NCBI RefSeq assembly: GCF_006345805.1
Contig: NC_043012.1
Span: forward strand, 8,184,001 to 8,248,000
From: Octopus sinensis
Lineage: Eukaryota
Length of the DNA stretch: 64,000 nucleotides
Direction: 5' to 3'
Shown here: positions 39,215 through 52,962 of the stretch, one piece after another
How positions within the stretch are numbered: position 1 is the stretch's first letter
Layout of the letters: the number at the start of each line of letters is the position of its first letter
Translations under genes and position numbers: made by a program
Notes under the pieces: model-generated
Seen by the model: only the letters and a program-made list of their open reading frames with translations
The model's database searches: none
What the model was told of the DNA's origin: nothing

Positions 39215-40110
39215 GCTTCTAGAAGGAACTTGAAAGTATGGTAGTGAAACATGGGCACTGAATGCAGAGGAGCTGTGAAAACTTGCAAAGAAAAGCCACA
39301 GGTATTGTTTGCTGGAACTGTTACTTTGGTGTAAATGAAGGATGGAACAGAAATGAACTGGCAGACAATTGAGGAAAAGAGGAATTAACTGCAGTGTGCA
39401 AGGGAGAACATAGAAGTAGGATAGATGTTGGGAAAAGGTGGTGAGCTGGCAAAAACGTTAGCACACTGGGCGAAATATTTAGCGGTATTTCGTTTGCCAT
39501 TATGTTCTGAGTTCAAATTCCGCCGAGGTCGACTTTGCCTTTCATCCTTTCGGGGTCGATAAATTAAGTACCAGTTATGCACTGGGGGCGGTGTAATCGA
39601 CTTAATCCCTTTGTCTGTCCTTGTTTGTCCCCTCTATGTTTAGCCCCTTGTGGGCAATAAAGAAATAAGAAACGTTAGCTACGCCGCGCGAAATGCTTAG
39701 CGATATTTCGTCTGTCTTTACATTCTGAGTTCAAATTCCGCTGAGGTCAACTTTGCCTTTCATCCTTTCAGGGTCGATAAATTAAGTACAAGTTACGCAC
39801 TGGGGTTGATGTAATCGACTTAATCCCTATGTCTGTCCTTGTTTGCCCCCTCTATGTTTAGCCCCCTGTGGGCAGTAAAGAAATAAGATATTGGGATGCC
39901 TATGGAGAATGACAGCTGAATAAAGAAGTACCAAGATGTTCAAGAGAAAAGGAACTTGAAAAACAGGGAGACCAAAGAAGGCACTGGAAAAAGTGGTTGA
40001 AGCTGACCACTGGGAAATGAACTGGACAAAGACGAAAGAATGAAACAAATGGCAAAAAGCTGCGCTGGAGAAGATCCATACAACTATTCTAAGCATGGGG
40101 GGAGAAAATG
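39215..40110 (+). pseudogene. Degenerate RTE ORF2 remnant split by the SINE C dimer
   Basis: KYGSETWALNAEEL motif at ~39236-39280; decayed GRPxKTW-like region after 39890. Confidence 0.6.
39437..39888 (+). mobile_element. Head-to-tail SINE C dimer inserted in an RTE remnant
   Basis: Full copy 39437-39669 plus a headless copy 39669-39888. Confidence 0.85.
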
Positions 40111-41554
40111 AATGTAAAATGTTGGTGATGGCCCTAGTAGTGGGTCTAATTATTTTTTATAATGTAGCTCTATTTATGGGTTTATCTGTTGCTATATTAT
40201 AGCCTGCTCACCTCCTCATGAGTTTGTCTATTGACATAATGTTAAGCTACATTAAGGAAATAAGGAAAATCTATGTGAAGAGTGACTTTCTATAATTGGA
40301 AGATTTGAGTTACAGCAGATGGTTATGGAAAGAGAATCCAGTTTGTGTTTCACACAGAGAAAGAGATTTGTGGCATTGAAACTGTAGATTAAATAATTCT
40401 TCAAGAGATTATTAGCTTGGAATGTCACAGATTGGAATAATATGAGAAGGGAGGGAGAGAGGGGGAAAGAGGAAGTGTGGGAGGGGGAGAAATGGAGTGA
40501 AGGAAAGAGTAAGAAACAGGAGAGACTGAAAGGAGAAGGGAAAAGAAAAAAGTAGAAAAGAGGGAGAGAGGGATAGAGAGAGGAAGGTGAGAGAAAAGGA
40601 GAGAAATAGAGGAAGAAAGGAAGAAGAGGTAAAGAGAGTGGAGAGAGAAAGAGAGTAAGAGAAAGAGACAGTGAGAGAGTGAAAGAAAGTAAGAGAGAGA
40701 AATTTCATAATTTCCAAGATTCCAGGGACTCTCTTCTGGTTGAAGAGATGATGACCGATTCCAAGAGAATCCCGGATGCCAGATGGGATTGAACTCACGG
40801 TATTGAGAAGTCAAAGTCATAATCTAATGTATTTAATCTATTTAATTTCAGGCTAATTGCATTAGTTAATTAGGAGATTAACAGCGCAAGAGAAAGAAGG
40901 GGAGTCAAAGAGGTGGGGAGGTGGGGAAATGAACCAATTGGTCCCTAAAAACTGCCAGTAATAGAGAAATAAGAATTAGTAGTGGTGGTGGTGGTGATGA
41001 TGGTAGTAGTAGTGGTGATGGTGGTGGTGGTGGTGGTAGTAGTAGTAGTAGTGGTAGTGGTGGTATTGGTAGTAGATAGTTTCACAAGCTGGATAATATG
41101 TTAAAGACATTACAGTGAGCGTGTACATGTGAGTGGATGTGTTTGTGTGAACATAGGTATGTGTGTGAGGATAAAAAAATGTGTAGATGTGTATAAGTTT
41201 AAGCATCTGTGATTGTGTATGTGTGAGAACGTGTGAATATGCATGCACACGTGTGTGTGTGTGTAAAGCATGTGTCAGTATATGTGCATGCACGTCTGAA
41301 CGTGCATATATATAAATGTGTGTGAGCATGTCCAAGTCTGTGCGCGCGTTTGTGTGTGTGTCTGTAAGATGTGTTAAGTACATGTGTGTCCCTCTCTAAC
41401 TTCACGGTCGACTGGTTAGACTAAAACAGCCAGCAAAAGGATATACAGATTCCATTAAATAGAAAAACACATGTTGTAACACTTCACATGCAAACAGTCA
41501 ATATTTATAGAAACACCCCCTACACACACCTGTCCACTAAAAAATTATAATCAA

Positions 41555-41951
41555 CTAGCAGTATCGCCCGGCGTTGCTCGGGTTTGTAAGGGAAATAACT
41601 ATATAAGCATTTTTAGAGATGTAAAGTATAATAGCCATCTCAATATGTCTAACCACAAAGGGGGGTGTTACTGTAGCTTTTTACGTTCTGAGATTTAATA
41701 ATACATTTTTAGAGAGTTACTTCCCTTATATAATAGCAAAAAAATGCATTAAAATGGAAAAAAATTATGGTAATTTTTTTTTTAAATTGTAGACTCATCG
41801 TAGATGCGCGTTAATACCCAGAAGGGCTCGATATGAATCATGACTATAAGATACCCGCTTTTGGTTACACTGCACTGCAAAATGTGGGAGTAGTTAGGAA
41901 TCTAAATCATAGGAGACAGACAGCACACAACCTCTCTTTTATATATAAAGA
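41555..41951 (-). mobile_element. Non-autonomous Helitron (397 bp)
   Basis: On the minus strand it starts A|TC and ends CTAG|T, with a GC-rich hairpin CCCGAGCAACGCCGGG just before the CTAG and no TSD. Confidence 0.85.
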
Positions 41952-43497
41952 TTAATACTAATTTCATTTACTATGTTCTGAGTTCAAATTCCACTGGGTC
42001 GAACTATGCCTTTCATCCTTTTGGGGTCAATAAATTAGGTACCAGTGGAAAGACTGGGGTTGATGTAATCGACTAGTCTCCTCCCCACAAGTTTCAGGCT
42101 TTGTGTCTTTAGCAGAAACGATTATTATTATTATTATAAGGCGGCGAGCTGACAGAATCATTTGCACACAGGACAAAATGCCTGGTAGTATTTCATCCTC
42201 CACTACATTCTGAGTTGAAATTCCACCAAGATCGACTTTGCTTTTCATCTTTCGGGCTCAATAAATTAAGTACCAGTTGTGCACTGGGGTCAATCTAATC
42301 GACTGGACCCATCCTCCAAAACTTCAGGACTTGTGCCTATAGTAGAAAGGATTATTATTATTATTATTAACCCTTTAGTATTCACATTATTTCATCAAAA
42401 GGAATGCATTTTTATTCCCATGGGCGCAGGAGTGGCTATGGTAGGACTGGAGTAAATATAGGCTGTTGTAGAGACTAGATGACAGTGTGATGCAGATGTG
42501 AAATAAACTGCTCCTGGTTAGGACACCAGTCTACTATTATTATACTTAGATGACCAGGTGTACTCAGGCTTATTCCCCTGCCCTCAACAACCACCAGCTA
42601 TTAATTTAGACCTATGAACTTTGACCTACTTAACAAAACAAAGGAAAGCTAAAAGGTCAAATGAACCAATACAAATGCAACAATACATTATTTAACCCCA
42701 GGTAGACCACAACTGGGCAGACATGATCAAAGGTGTTCCATAACCATGAATCACACTATCTTTTTGGTATCTGGGCTTACAACATTCAATGTGCACTTTG
42801 TTTTAAGATAATGGAAAATGATTTGAAGCAATTTAGCTGCTCTTTTTAACCAAGGCTCCCTCCTTGGCTGATGTTTTGTGTAGAGAACTGGTCCTCTGGA
42901 GAGAACAACAGGTTACTACAAAGTACAGGAGACGCAACACTGTACAAGAAGCATAAACCAAGGGATTTCAACAGTGAGACCAATTCGAAAGAAATAGCAG
43001 CTAAATCTCCATATCTTACTTTACTATGTAAAAGGAGAAAAAAAAGGAACGCTACATTGGATAAGTTAGAATAAAAGACATGATGGTCGCAAATGGAATG
43101 TCGCTGATCCTAAATCTACTTGAAGAGGACTCAAGCCAGGGCTAAACAACTACAGTAATTATATAGCATATATAACATATTATATAGGCACAGACATGGC
43201 TATGGGATAAGAAGCTCACTTCCTAACCACATGGTTCCTAGTTCAATCTCACTACACAGCACCTTGAACAAGTGTCTTTTACTATAGCCTAGAGCCAACC
43301 AAAGCCTTGTGGGTGGATTTTGGTAAATTTTTACATAGGAAGCACTCATGCCAGTGCTTAGTAAATGCACCTGTAAAATGGTTGGTGGTAGGAAGGACAC
43401 CATGTCAAAACAAACAATTGGAGTCTGGACAGCTTGCCAAGCGGGCCAGATCCTGACAAACCATCCAACCCATGCCAGCATAGAAAATGGACATTAA

Positions 43498-43721
43498 CCC
43501 TTGAGCATTTAAACCGACCATATCCGGCCAAAAGTATTCTGCCTGTTTTATGTTCAAACTGGCCAGATCTGGTCTCTCACACCAACCCCTACAATATCGT
43601 TTTGAAAATTAACAGCTACCTCATCAAAATCTCATAGCACCAAGATTAATGCCTGATTAGTTCAAGGCAATGTGGATAAAAAAAGGATTAATTTTGGCAG
43701 AATAATGCGAACACTAAAGGG
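43498..43721 (+). mobile_element. piggyBac-type MITE family 1, inserted in an RTE 3' tail
   Basis: TTAA TSD. Removing it restores ggacaTTAAacgatgatg, the tail seen uninterrupted at 11717-11737. Confidence 0.9.
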
Positions 43722-44249
43722 TTAAACGATGATGATGATGGACTATAACAGGAGTGGGCTGAAAACATGACCCTGATAGACACCTACTTGCATGCTAAAT
43801 TTCTTGAGCATGGTACTAGGTCAACAGCATAGAGGAAGTCCTTATGTACAGCTGGCCTTACACTCCTGTTTATAATCTGGAGAACTATCAACAGGAGTAG
43901 ACTGAGACCAGAACCTTGACGAACGCCTAAATTCTCCATTGCGCTCATAACTAATTCATGACTTATTCACAGCATTTCTCTGCATGGCTGGCATGACTTT
44001 GTCAAGCCATTAACCAACAATAAGTTTTCTCAGCAACCACTGGACCACAGGGCCCAGAACACTATTAAGGGCCGCCTTCTTCCGAGTTAACAAATGCTAA
44101 GGAAAAGAGCAACAACACCAAGAACATCAACACAAAATAAGGAAGTGTATATGGTGACAAGTTAAATAGCAGATCTACTTTAATGTTTGGCAATAATAAT
44201 ATTGCTAGAGTCAATATTTTAGCAAGAACATTTGAAATGATACATACAC

Positions 44250-44255
44250 ATACAT

Positions 44256-44308
<53 letters not shown>

Positions 44309-44840
44309 TGTGTAATGATATCGATGTCAGGGGTGGTGGGAAAGAAAATGTATTTCTTTAAATATTGAAATGAAAACTGCCTTTAGGTTCATTCTCATTC
44401 AGGCACAGAACAGAGAGGTAGTTATATACAGCAGTAGTATGGGTGTGCACATGTATATATGCATGTATGTGTGTGTGTGTATGTATGTATATATGTGTGT
44501 GTGTGTGTGTGTATACATATATATTTATATGTGTGTATATATATATATATGTGTGTGTGTGTGTATGTATGTATATATGTGTGTGTGTATGTGTATGTAT
44601 ATGTGTGTGTGCGTGTGTGTATATGTGTATGTATGTATATGTGTGTGTATGTATATATGTATGTGTGTGTGTGTATATATGTGTGTGTGTGTGTGTATGT
44701 ATATATATATATATATATAAGCATGTGTGTAAGTGTGGCAGTGGGTATAAATATATGTACATGTGGGTAGGACGTGGATGCATGTTGTGTGCATGTACGT
44801 TTGTGTGTGTGTGTGTGAAGAACAAGGTGTGTGTGTGTGT
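44250..44840. repeat. Compound (TG)/(TA) microsatellite
   Basis: Seen directly. Confidence 0.95.
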
Positions 44841-45103
44841 GTTACTGAGTGAGAGAGTTGCTAATTAAAAACAAAAAAAAAGAGCAACAACCAGTTAACA
44901 GAGTTGTATGTATTTCCTTTAAAAGAATCCAAGAGAGATGATGATGATGATGATGATTTATGATAAATTCGAGAAGGTGGGAGGGGTGTTGAAAGCGTGA
45001 GTTTTGCGGGGTGGAGTGGGGGAGGGTACATATTGAATAACCCAAAAGATATATTTTTTTAATATAAAATAAATCAGGGGAAAAAAAAAAAATCTTAATT
45101 ACA

Positions 45104-45403
45104 TGCAGTGGCTGTGTGGTAAGTAGCTTGCTAACCAACCACATGGTTCCAGGTTCAGTCCCACTTTGTTGGACCTTAGGCAAGTGTCTTCTGCTATAGC
45201 CCGGGCCGACCAATGCCTTGTGAGTTGATTTGGTAGACGGAAACTGAAAGAAGCCTGTCGTATATATGTATATGTATAATATATATATATAATATATATA
45301 TATTATATATATATATCATATATGTATATGATATTATATATATATATATATGTCCAACCCATGCTAGCAGAGAAACGGACGCTAAATGATGATGATGATG
45401 ATG

Positions 45404-45435
<32 letters not shown>

Positions 45436-45630
45436 TTTTGTGTCTGGTTTGTCCCCCTAGCATTGCTTGACAACCGATGCTGGGTTGTGTTGACGTCCCC
45501 GTCACTTAGCGGTTCGGCAAAAAAGACCGATAGAATAAGTCCCGGGGTCGATTTGCTCAACTAAAGGCGGTGCTCAGCATGGCTGCAGTCAAATGACTGA
45601 AACAAGTAAAAGAGTAAAAGAGAGAGTAAG
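45104..45630 (+). mobile_element. SINE family A flanked by a ~160-bp direct repeat
   Basis: Direct repeats at 44931-45103 and 45628-45787; an RTE tail fragment is nested at ~45351-45403. Confidence 0.85.
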
Positions 45631-46354
45631 AGAGATGATGATGATGATAAATTCGAGAAGGTGGGAGGGGTGTTGAAAGCGAGAGTTTTGCGGGGTGGAG
45701 TGGGGGAGGGTACATATTGAATAACCCAAAAGATATATTTTTTTAATATAAAATAAATCAGGGGGGGGGGGAAAAAACATAATTACAAGTATACAAACAA
45801 ACAAACAAACAAGCAAGCAAATGGTGTGTTAGTTGCGGAGCCAGGGCAGAGAATTCTGGCAATGATGAAGTATTCAATGAAAGGAAGTGAGTGGAATTAT
45901 GAGCTGAGAACACAAGTGTACTGGGGGGGGGGGGGTGGAAGCGGGGGTGGCGATGGGTTGTTAGTGGTTCCAAGTTAATTAGATCAGTTGGGTGTATAGA
46001 CCTTATACACTTACCAGGCTTTATTTATAGTCAAGATATATTATACACACTGGATAGAATAACATGAACGTCGCAGCAGAGAGAACAGTTATCAAAATAT
46101 ATGAAACAGAGTGGGGAGGTGTTCCTTTGTGTGTGTGTGTATGCATATATATGTGTTAGTGTGTGTGTGATTGTGTTTGTGTTAATTTGTGTATATTTGT
46201 TAAGGTATGTGTGTGTGTGTTGATTCTTGTGTAAATTTGAGTGTATATATGAATATGTGTATGAGCATGAGTGTAAGAGTGTGTGAGCATGCATGAGTAT
46301 AAGTGTGTATACATGTGTGTATATGTGAGTGTGTGTGTATATGAGCGCGCATGT

Positions 46355-46618
46355 ATATTAGCCGAACCGCTAAGTTATGGGGACAAACACACCAGCATCA
46401 GTTGTCAAGCAATGCTAGGGGGACAAACACACACACACATATATATACATATATACGACAGGCTTCTTTCAGTTTCCGTCTACCAAATCCACTCACAAAG
46501 CTTTGGTCGGCCTGAGGCTATAGTAGAAGACACTTGCTCAAGGTGCCATGTAGTGGGACTGAACCTGGAACCATGTGATTGGTAAACAAGCTACTTACCA
46601 CACAGCCACTCCTGCGCC
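46355..46618 (-). mobile_element. SINE family A, partial
   Basis: Head to mid-body. Confidence 0.8.
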
Positions 46619-46914
46619 AAGTGGCTTCTTTTATACATCCAGACCAACCAATACTTTGTGAACGAATGTGGTAAATGGGAAGCTGTAGAAATATATCATC
46701 ATCATCATCATCAACACTTTTCCATATTTGCATGGGTCAGGCAGAATTCACTGAGGCAGATTTTCTACAGCTGGATGGCCCCCTTCCTGTCACCAACCCT
46801 CACCTGCTTCCTAGCAAGGTAATATTTCTCGGTAACAAGACATGTTTTTCACAAAAGATTCCAAACAGACATTAGTATGACACTTGTTTACAATCATTAC
46901 ACAATATCAAAGCA

Positions 46915-47029
46915 TGGGTGAGTGGGTGGGTGGGTAGGTAGGTTGGTAGGCAGGTGGGTAGGTAGATAGATATATATATATATAGATAGAGAGAGAGAGA
47001 GAGAGAGAGTTAGATAGATAGAAAAGTAG

Positions 47030-47063
<34 letters not shown>

Positions 47064-47104
47064 ATAGACAGACAGATAGATAGATAGATAGAAGTGGACG
47101 GACA

Positions 47105-47153
<49 letters not shown>

Positions 47154-47220
47154 AGTAGACAGATAGATATAGAAAGAGAAGTGAATAGATATATAAATGG
47201 AAGTGGATGGATAGATAGAT
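46915..47220. repeat. (GGGT)/(GATA)/(GACA)/(GA) microsatellite cluster
   Basis: Seen directly. Confidence 0.95.
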
Positions 47221-47749
47221 ATCATCATTATCACCAAGGTGAAATATTGATAACTGTCGTTCTTGAATGGGATTAGAAGTTGTCGCACCTGTACATGATT
47301 TCCAGATGTTTTAACAACCAGTACTTTGAGAGTGTCATCCCCACTGCACTAAACCGCAGCGTACTGGTGAACAAGCAAAAACATAATGTCTAAAAATCAC
47401 TAGTGCTGCATCTAATTGATAATTGAACTTAACCCTTCACCTGCATCGCCTTGGCAAGCCAGCAAATGGCTTTTCTTTTTTTTACACTATTTGTATATAG
47501 TCACAGACTGATGATTTGATTCAGGTACATGATGTTGATAGGCCACAAAAATAGCAAAATATTGATATCCATCACTTCTGAATGGGATTAGGGGTGAGTT
47601 GTCTCACCTGTCTTCTGGCATTCGTGTTTTAACACCCAGTGCTTTGAGGGAGTTGTCTCCACCCATGCTAAAGCACAGTGTACAGGCAAACAAACAAAAT
47701 GCATACACTGAGTATATGTGTATATATATATATATATATACATATATAT

Positions 47750-47916
47750 AGGCGCAGGAGTGGCTGTGTGGTAAGTAGCTTGCTAACCAGCCACATGGTT
47801 CCGGGTTCAGTCCCACTGCGTGGCATCTTGGGCAAGTGTCTTCTGCTATAGCCCCGGGCCGACCAATGCCTTGAGAGTGGACTTGGTAGACGGAAACTGA
47901 AAGAAGCCTGTCGTAT

Positions 47917-47965
<49 letters not shown>

Positions 47966-48178
47966 ATGTTTGTGTGTGTGTGTTTGTCCCCCTAGCATTG
48001 CTTGACAACCGATGCTGGTGTGTTTTTATGTCCCTGTTACTTAGCGGTTTGGCAAAAGAGGCCGATAGAATAAGTACTGGGTTACAAAAAGAATAAGTCC
48101 CGGGGTCGAGCTGCTCGATTAAAGGCGGTGCTCCAGCATGCCGTAGTCAAATGACTGAAACAAGTAAAAGAGTAAAAG

Positions 48179-48180
<2 letters not shown>
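47750..48180 (+). mobile_element. SINE family A, full length
   Basis: As above. Confidence 0.85.
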
Positions 48181-48222
<42 letters not shown>

Positions 48223-49594
48223 ATATTCTAAATGCAAAGCCAGAAATCCGGAATCTGGAATTATCCAGCAATTTTTACTAGGTTATTTTGTCTTTTTGTC
48301 TTCTCTCCTTGTGCTATATGAACACTTAATGTGGTCTTAGAGTCAGATCCTGACTGCTATTTTCAGCATGGCGGTATCTCGTAGATACTCTAAGTTATAA
48401 TTTTATATATACATATATATATAAACACACACAGGTTTTATATCATTATTGCAGTGAATGACAAGCATAAAAATGCCTGGCAGGAAATGTTTCTGCTAGT
48501 TTAATTAATGTAATAAGATAGTTTAATTAAAAAAAAAGAGAGAGAGAGAGAAATTAAGATACAATGATCAATGAAGTGGAATTGCTCCAAGTCAACAGAA
48601 CCTAATAGACTGCTCCTGTAGTCTAGGTAGTATACGACTGAGAGGAGACTCTTGCTGTTCAGATCGCATAAGACAGACTGCAGATTCCTTTAGACTATAA
48701 AACAACAGAACTGAAAGCGTAAGACGAATACTGGTCCCGAGATTGGTTAAGGGTGTTATTGGTGGAGATAGAATAGCAGTGTTGGTATGGTTGTAGTAAT
48801 GGTAATGCTCTGGTTGTTGGAATATGGTGTAGTAGTAGTAGTAGTAAAGGTGGTATTGGTTAATGGTAGATGTGACAGTTGTGTTGGTTAATGTTAAAAG
48901 TTGTAGGAGACACAACATCATCATCATCATCATTTAGCGTCCGCTTTCCATGCTAGCATGGGTTGGACGGTTCGACCGGGGATCTGGGAAGCCAGGAGGC
49001 TGCACCAGGCTCCAGTCTGATCTGGCAGTGTTTCTACAGCTGGATGCCCTTCCTAACGCCAACCACTCCGTGAGTGTAGTGGGTGCTTTTTACATGCCAC
49101 TGGCACAGGTGCCAGGCAAGGCTGGCAATGGCCACGATCAGATTAGTGCTTTTTACATGCCACCGGCACTGAAGCCAGTCAAGGCGGAGCTAATTTCTTA
49201 CCAAAGCAAAAGGTCAGAAATTTTGGTGAGAAGGATCAGTCAATTGTATCAATGAAGCCCAGTTCATGACTGGTACTTTAATTTATCGACCCTCACCCAA
49301 AAGAATAAAGTGCATTATCGACCTCAGCAGGATTTGAACTTGGAACATAAGGGCTACAACTTAATACTGCAAAACAGTTTCTTCAATGCTCTAACAATTT
49401 TGCTAATCAACCATCCCAGAGAGCTAACAATACAATATTGCAACTAATAAGTATTAAAAGTCATAGTTATCTAAATAGAACAGACCAAGCTGGAGCAGTG
49501 CATTAAAATTAAATTTCTCATTTTGTGAATAATATACCTATATGGATACCATCATCACCACTATCTATTTGCACACACACATCTTTAGATATAT

Positions 49595-49718
49595 AATGTA
49601 TTGTGTGTGTGTATGTGTGTGTGCATGTGTGTGTGCATGTGTGTGTGCATGTGTGTGTGTATGTGTGTATGTGTGTGTGTATGTGTGTGTGTGTGTATGT
49701 GTGTGTGTGTATGTGTGT

Positions 49719-49751
<33 letters not shown>

Positions 49752-49803
49752 ATGTGTGTGTGCGTGTGTGTGTGTGTGTGTGTGTATGTGTGTGTATGTG
49801 TGT

Positions 49804-49841
<38 letters not shown>

Positions 49842-49845
49842 TTAT
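49595..49845. repeat. (TG)n-based compound microsatellite
   Basis: Seen directly. Confidence 0.95.
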
Positions 49846-50041
49846 ACACATATCAGGCAGGTGTTTATTACTACAGCATAAAAAAAAAAAATAGAGAAAA
49901 CATTACTAAGAGAAGAACATCAGAGAATTGCAGCCATGTGTGTGTGTGTGAATGTGTATATGTATTGAGGCTGTATGAATGAGTGTATGCAGGTGCATGT
50001 GTGTGACTGAGAATACATGTGTGTGTGTGTGTGACTGAGAA

Positions 50042-50077
<36 letters not shown>

Positions 50078-52136
50078 TCTTTAAATCATCAGTCATCATG
50101 GAAAAGAGTAATGCCAAAAAGAAAAACGATGATGATGACATCAATAATAATAATAACAACGATGATGCTGACAATAATAATAAACAATAATTGATCATCA
50201 GCTGCCATAACACATCATTTGAAGGAGGAGGAGGAGGAGGAAGAGTGGGGAGAGGTTGGGGGCTGGGTGGTTTCCTTCTTGCTCCAAGATTACTTTGGAA
50301 ACAAAGAAAGCAAGCATCTGTGGTGTGTGTGGTGTGTGTGTGTGTAATGACAACTGAACTAAGTCCCCACCACCACCACCACCACCATTACTATGACTAG
50401 TCCCCCCCCCGCCCTCATAGCTACCTCACTGTGTAACACCACCACCAGCAGTACCAATACCACCACCACCACCGCAAATTACCACCTAAACCATTAAGCA
50501 TCAGCTCTACCATATATACCACTGACACAACTAGCACCACCACCACCACCGTCATCATCATCTCCACTCGCCAAAACCATAATCAGTGTCATCGTTAGAA
50601 CCACTACCAATAACAAGCAAAAAGGAGGAGGGGGGGCGACACCACCACCAACAACAACAACAGTATTAACATCATTATCATCATCAGCATCACCAAACAC
50701 TACATCACACACTACATCAGATGAAATAAATACAACAAATGGTCTGTGAAATCACTACATTTATATAATATACACTCATGTTACAACCCAATAATATACA
50801 CACAGGCGATATACAAATAAATACACAGCCTGTAACACACACATATATACATACACACATTTACACATACAAACGTGTGTGTGTGTGTAATCTATAAAGA
50901 ACTGTATAAGGTTTCAGATTTTTTCTCTTCACACACACATACACACACACACTATCTCACTCTTACCTTCCTCCCTCTCTTTCTCTTATTCTTTTTGCTC
51001 ACATCCCTCTATCTATCTATCTTCTATCTATCTATCTGTCAGTCTACCTGTCTGTCTTTCTTTGTTTCTGTCTGTCTGTCTCCCTCTCTGTATCTACTTC
51101 ATCTTCTCAAAGCGATTCCATCATTCACCCAAAGGATGAGATAAATTCAAGATTTCAGGGTTTATTGCAATTGCTGTTGTTGTTGTTGTTGCTGTTGTTA
51201 GTGTATTGGTTTTAGTAGCATCACAGAGTGTGACAGGGTAAACTAGACATACACAGAGGGAGACAGAGCGGGAGAGAGAGAGTTAGAAAGAGAGAGGGAA
51301 GGAAAATAATGGAGAGGGAAGGAGAGAAAGACAGAGAGAAAGAGAGGTCAAAGGAGAAAGAGAGATATATACAAAAACAGAGAGAGAGACAGACAGAAAG
51401 AGAGGCACAGAGATACAAACAGAAGCAGAGAGAGAGAGAGAAAGTGGGGAACAAGTGATGGGGCTAGTGTGAAATTCAGTCAGGAATTAGTCAGAAGATA
51501 AAGGAGCAGAGGGGGAAGAAGGAGAAGGAGGAGTGAGGAGGTGATGATATGATGATGATGACGATGATGATGATGATGACAGGAAAGAGAGCCCTTATTA
51601 AAGGGAAAAGAGAAAAAATAGGATTGGGTGGGTTAAATCAGCCATTATTACAAATAGGGGAGCAGTTGTGAGGTGGGGATGGGGGGAAGGGTGAGCTCGG
51701 AGAAAGGAGGAGGCGGCAGAAGGGGAAGGGTGTATGATGATGAAATTGTTGGCAGCAGGAGGAGGAGGAGGAGAAAGAGGGTGGGTGGGTGGAAGTGGAG
51801 GGGTAGAAGTGGAACAACAACAAAATAACAACAATAATAATAATCTTAACAATAAAGCAATGAACTGGTGACATTGTAAACAGATGGAGGTGGTAGTCGT
51901 GGGTGGAGAGGATAGAGATAGTGGTACGTGTGCGGGGGGAAGAGGAGGAAGGAGGAAGGGGGAGGAGGAGGGTTATACATGTGTGGCACATGTGTGGGTG
52001 TTTGTGCACATGCATTCGCATGGGAGGATGTCTTTGTGCATGTATGCGTGTATATTGCATGTGATGTGTAAGCTGTTTATATATAAAATATATATTTGCA
52101 TGTATGTATGTATGTATTTGTGCATGTGTGTGTGTG

Positions 52137-52184
<48 letters not shown>

Positions 52185-52254
52185 TGTGTGTGAGCATGTG
52201 TGCATACATAGATATCTGGTCATGTGTTAATATATATTAATGTACACGTGAATC

Positions 52255-52590
52255 TGTGCCTATATATATACATATACACATATATATATATACATATATA
52301 TACATATATATATATACATATATACACACATATATATACACATATATATACACACATATATACATATATATATATATACACACATATATACACATATATA
52401 TACATATATATACACATATATATACACACATATATATATATACATATATACATATATACACACATATATATACACATATATATACACACATATATATATA
52501 TACATATATACATATATACACACATATATATACACACATATATATATATACATATATACATATACACACATATATATATATATGCATGCA
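52255..52590. repeat. (TA)/(TACA) compound microsatellite
   Basis: Seen directly. Confidence 0.95.
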
Positions 52591-52905
52591 TGCATACGTG
52601 GGTTTTATATGTGTGTCTGTGTATGTATTAGTGCATGTGTGTGTGTGTTGTGTATACATGTGCAGAGCTAATGTTAAACATGTCAGAGTTAAAGAAGGAA
52701 GAGATAGCATTGCCAACTGGAGCAGAGGAAGTGGCAATGGGGGGGGGGAGCAGGGTAGTCTCGGCCCTGGTACATTTGATGTAAAAAGGGGAGGGGTATG
52801 ATGATGATGATGATGATGACGACGGCAGTGTGAATGAGGGTGGTAGCAGCAGCATGTCCCCTCCCTAATTTATTTGATGTAAAAAGGAGAAGCAAAAACC
52901 AATGA

Positions 52906-52962
<57 letters not shown>

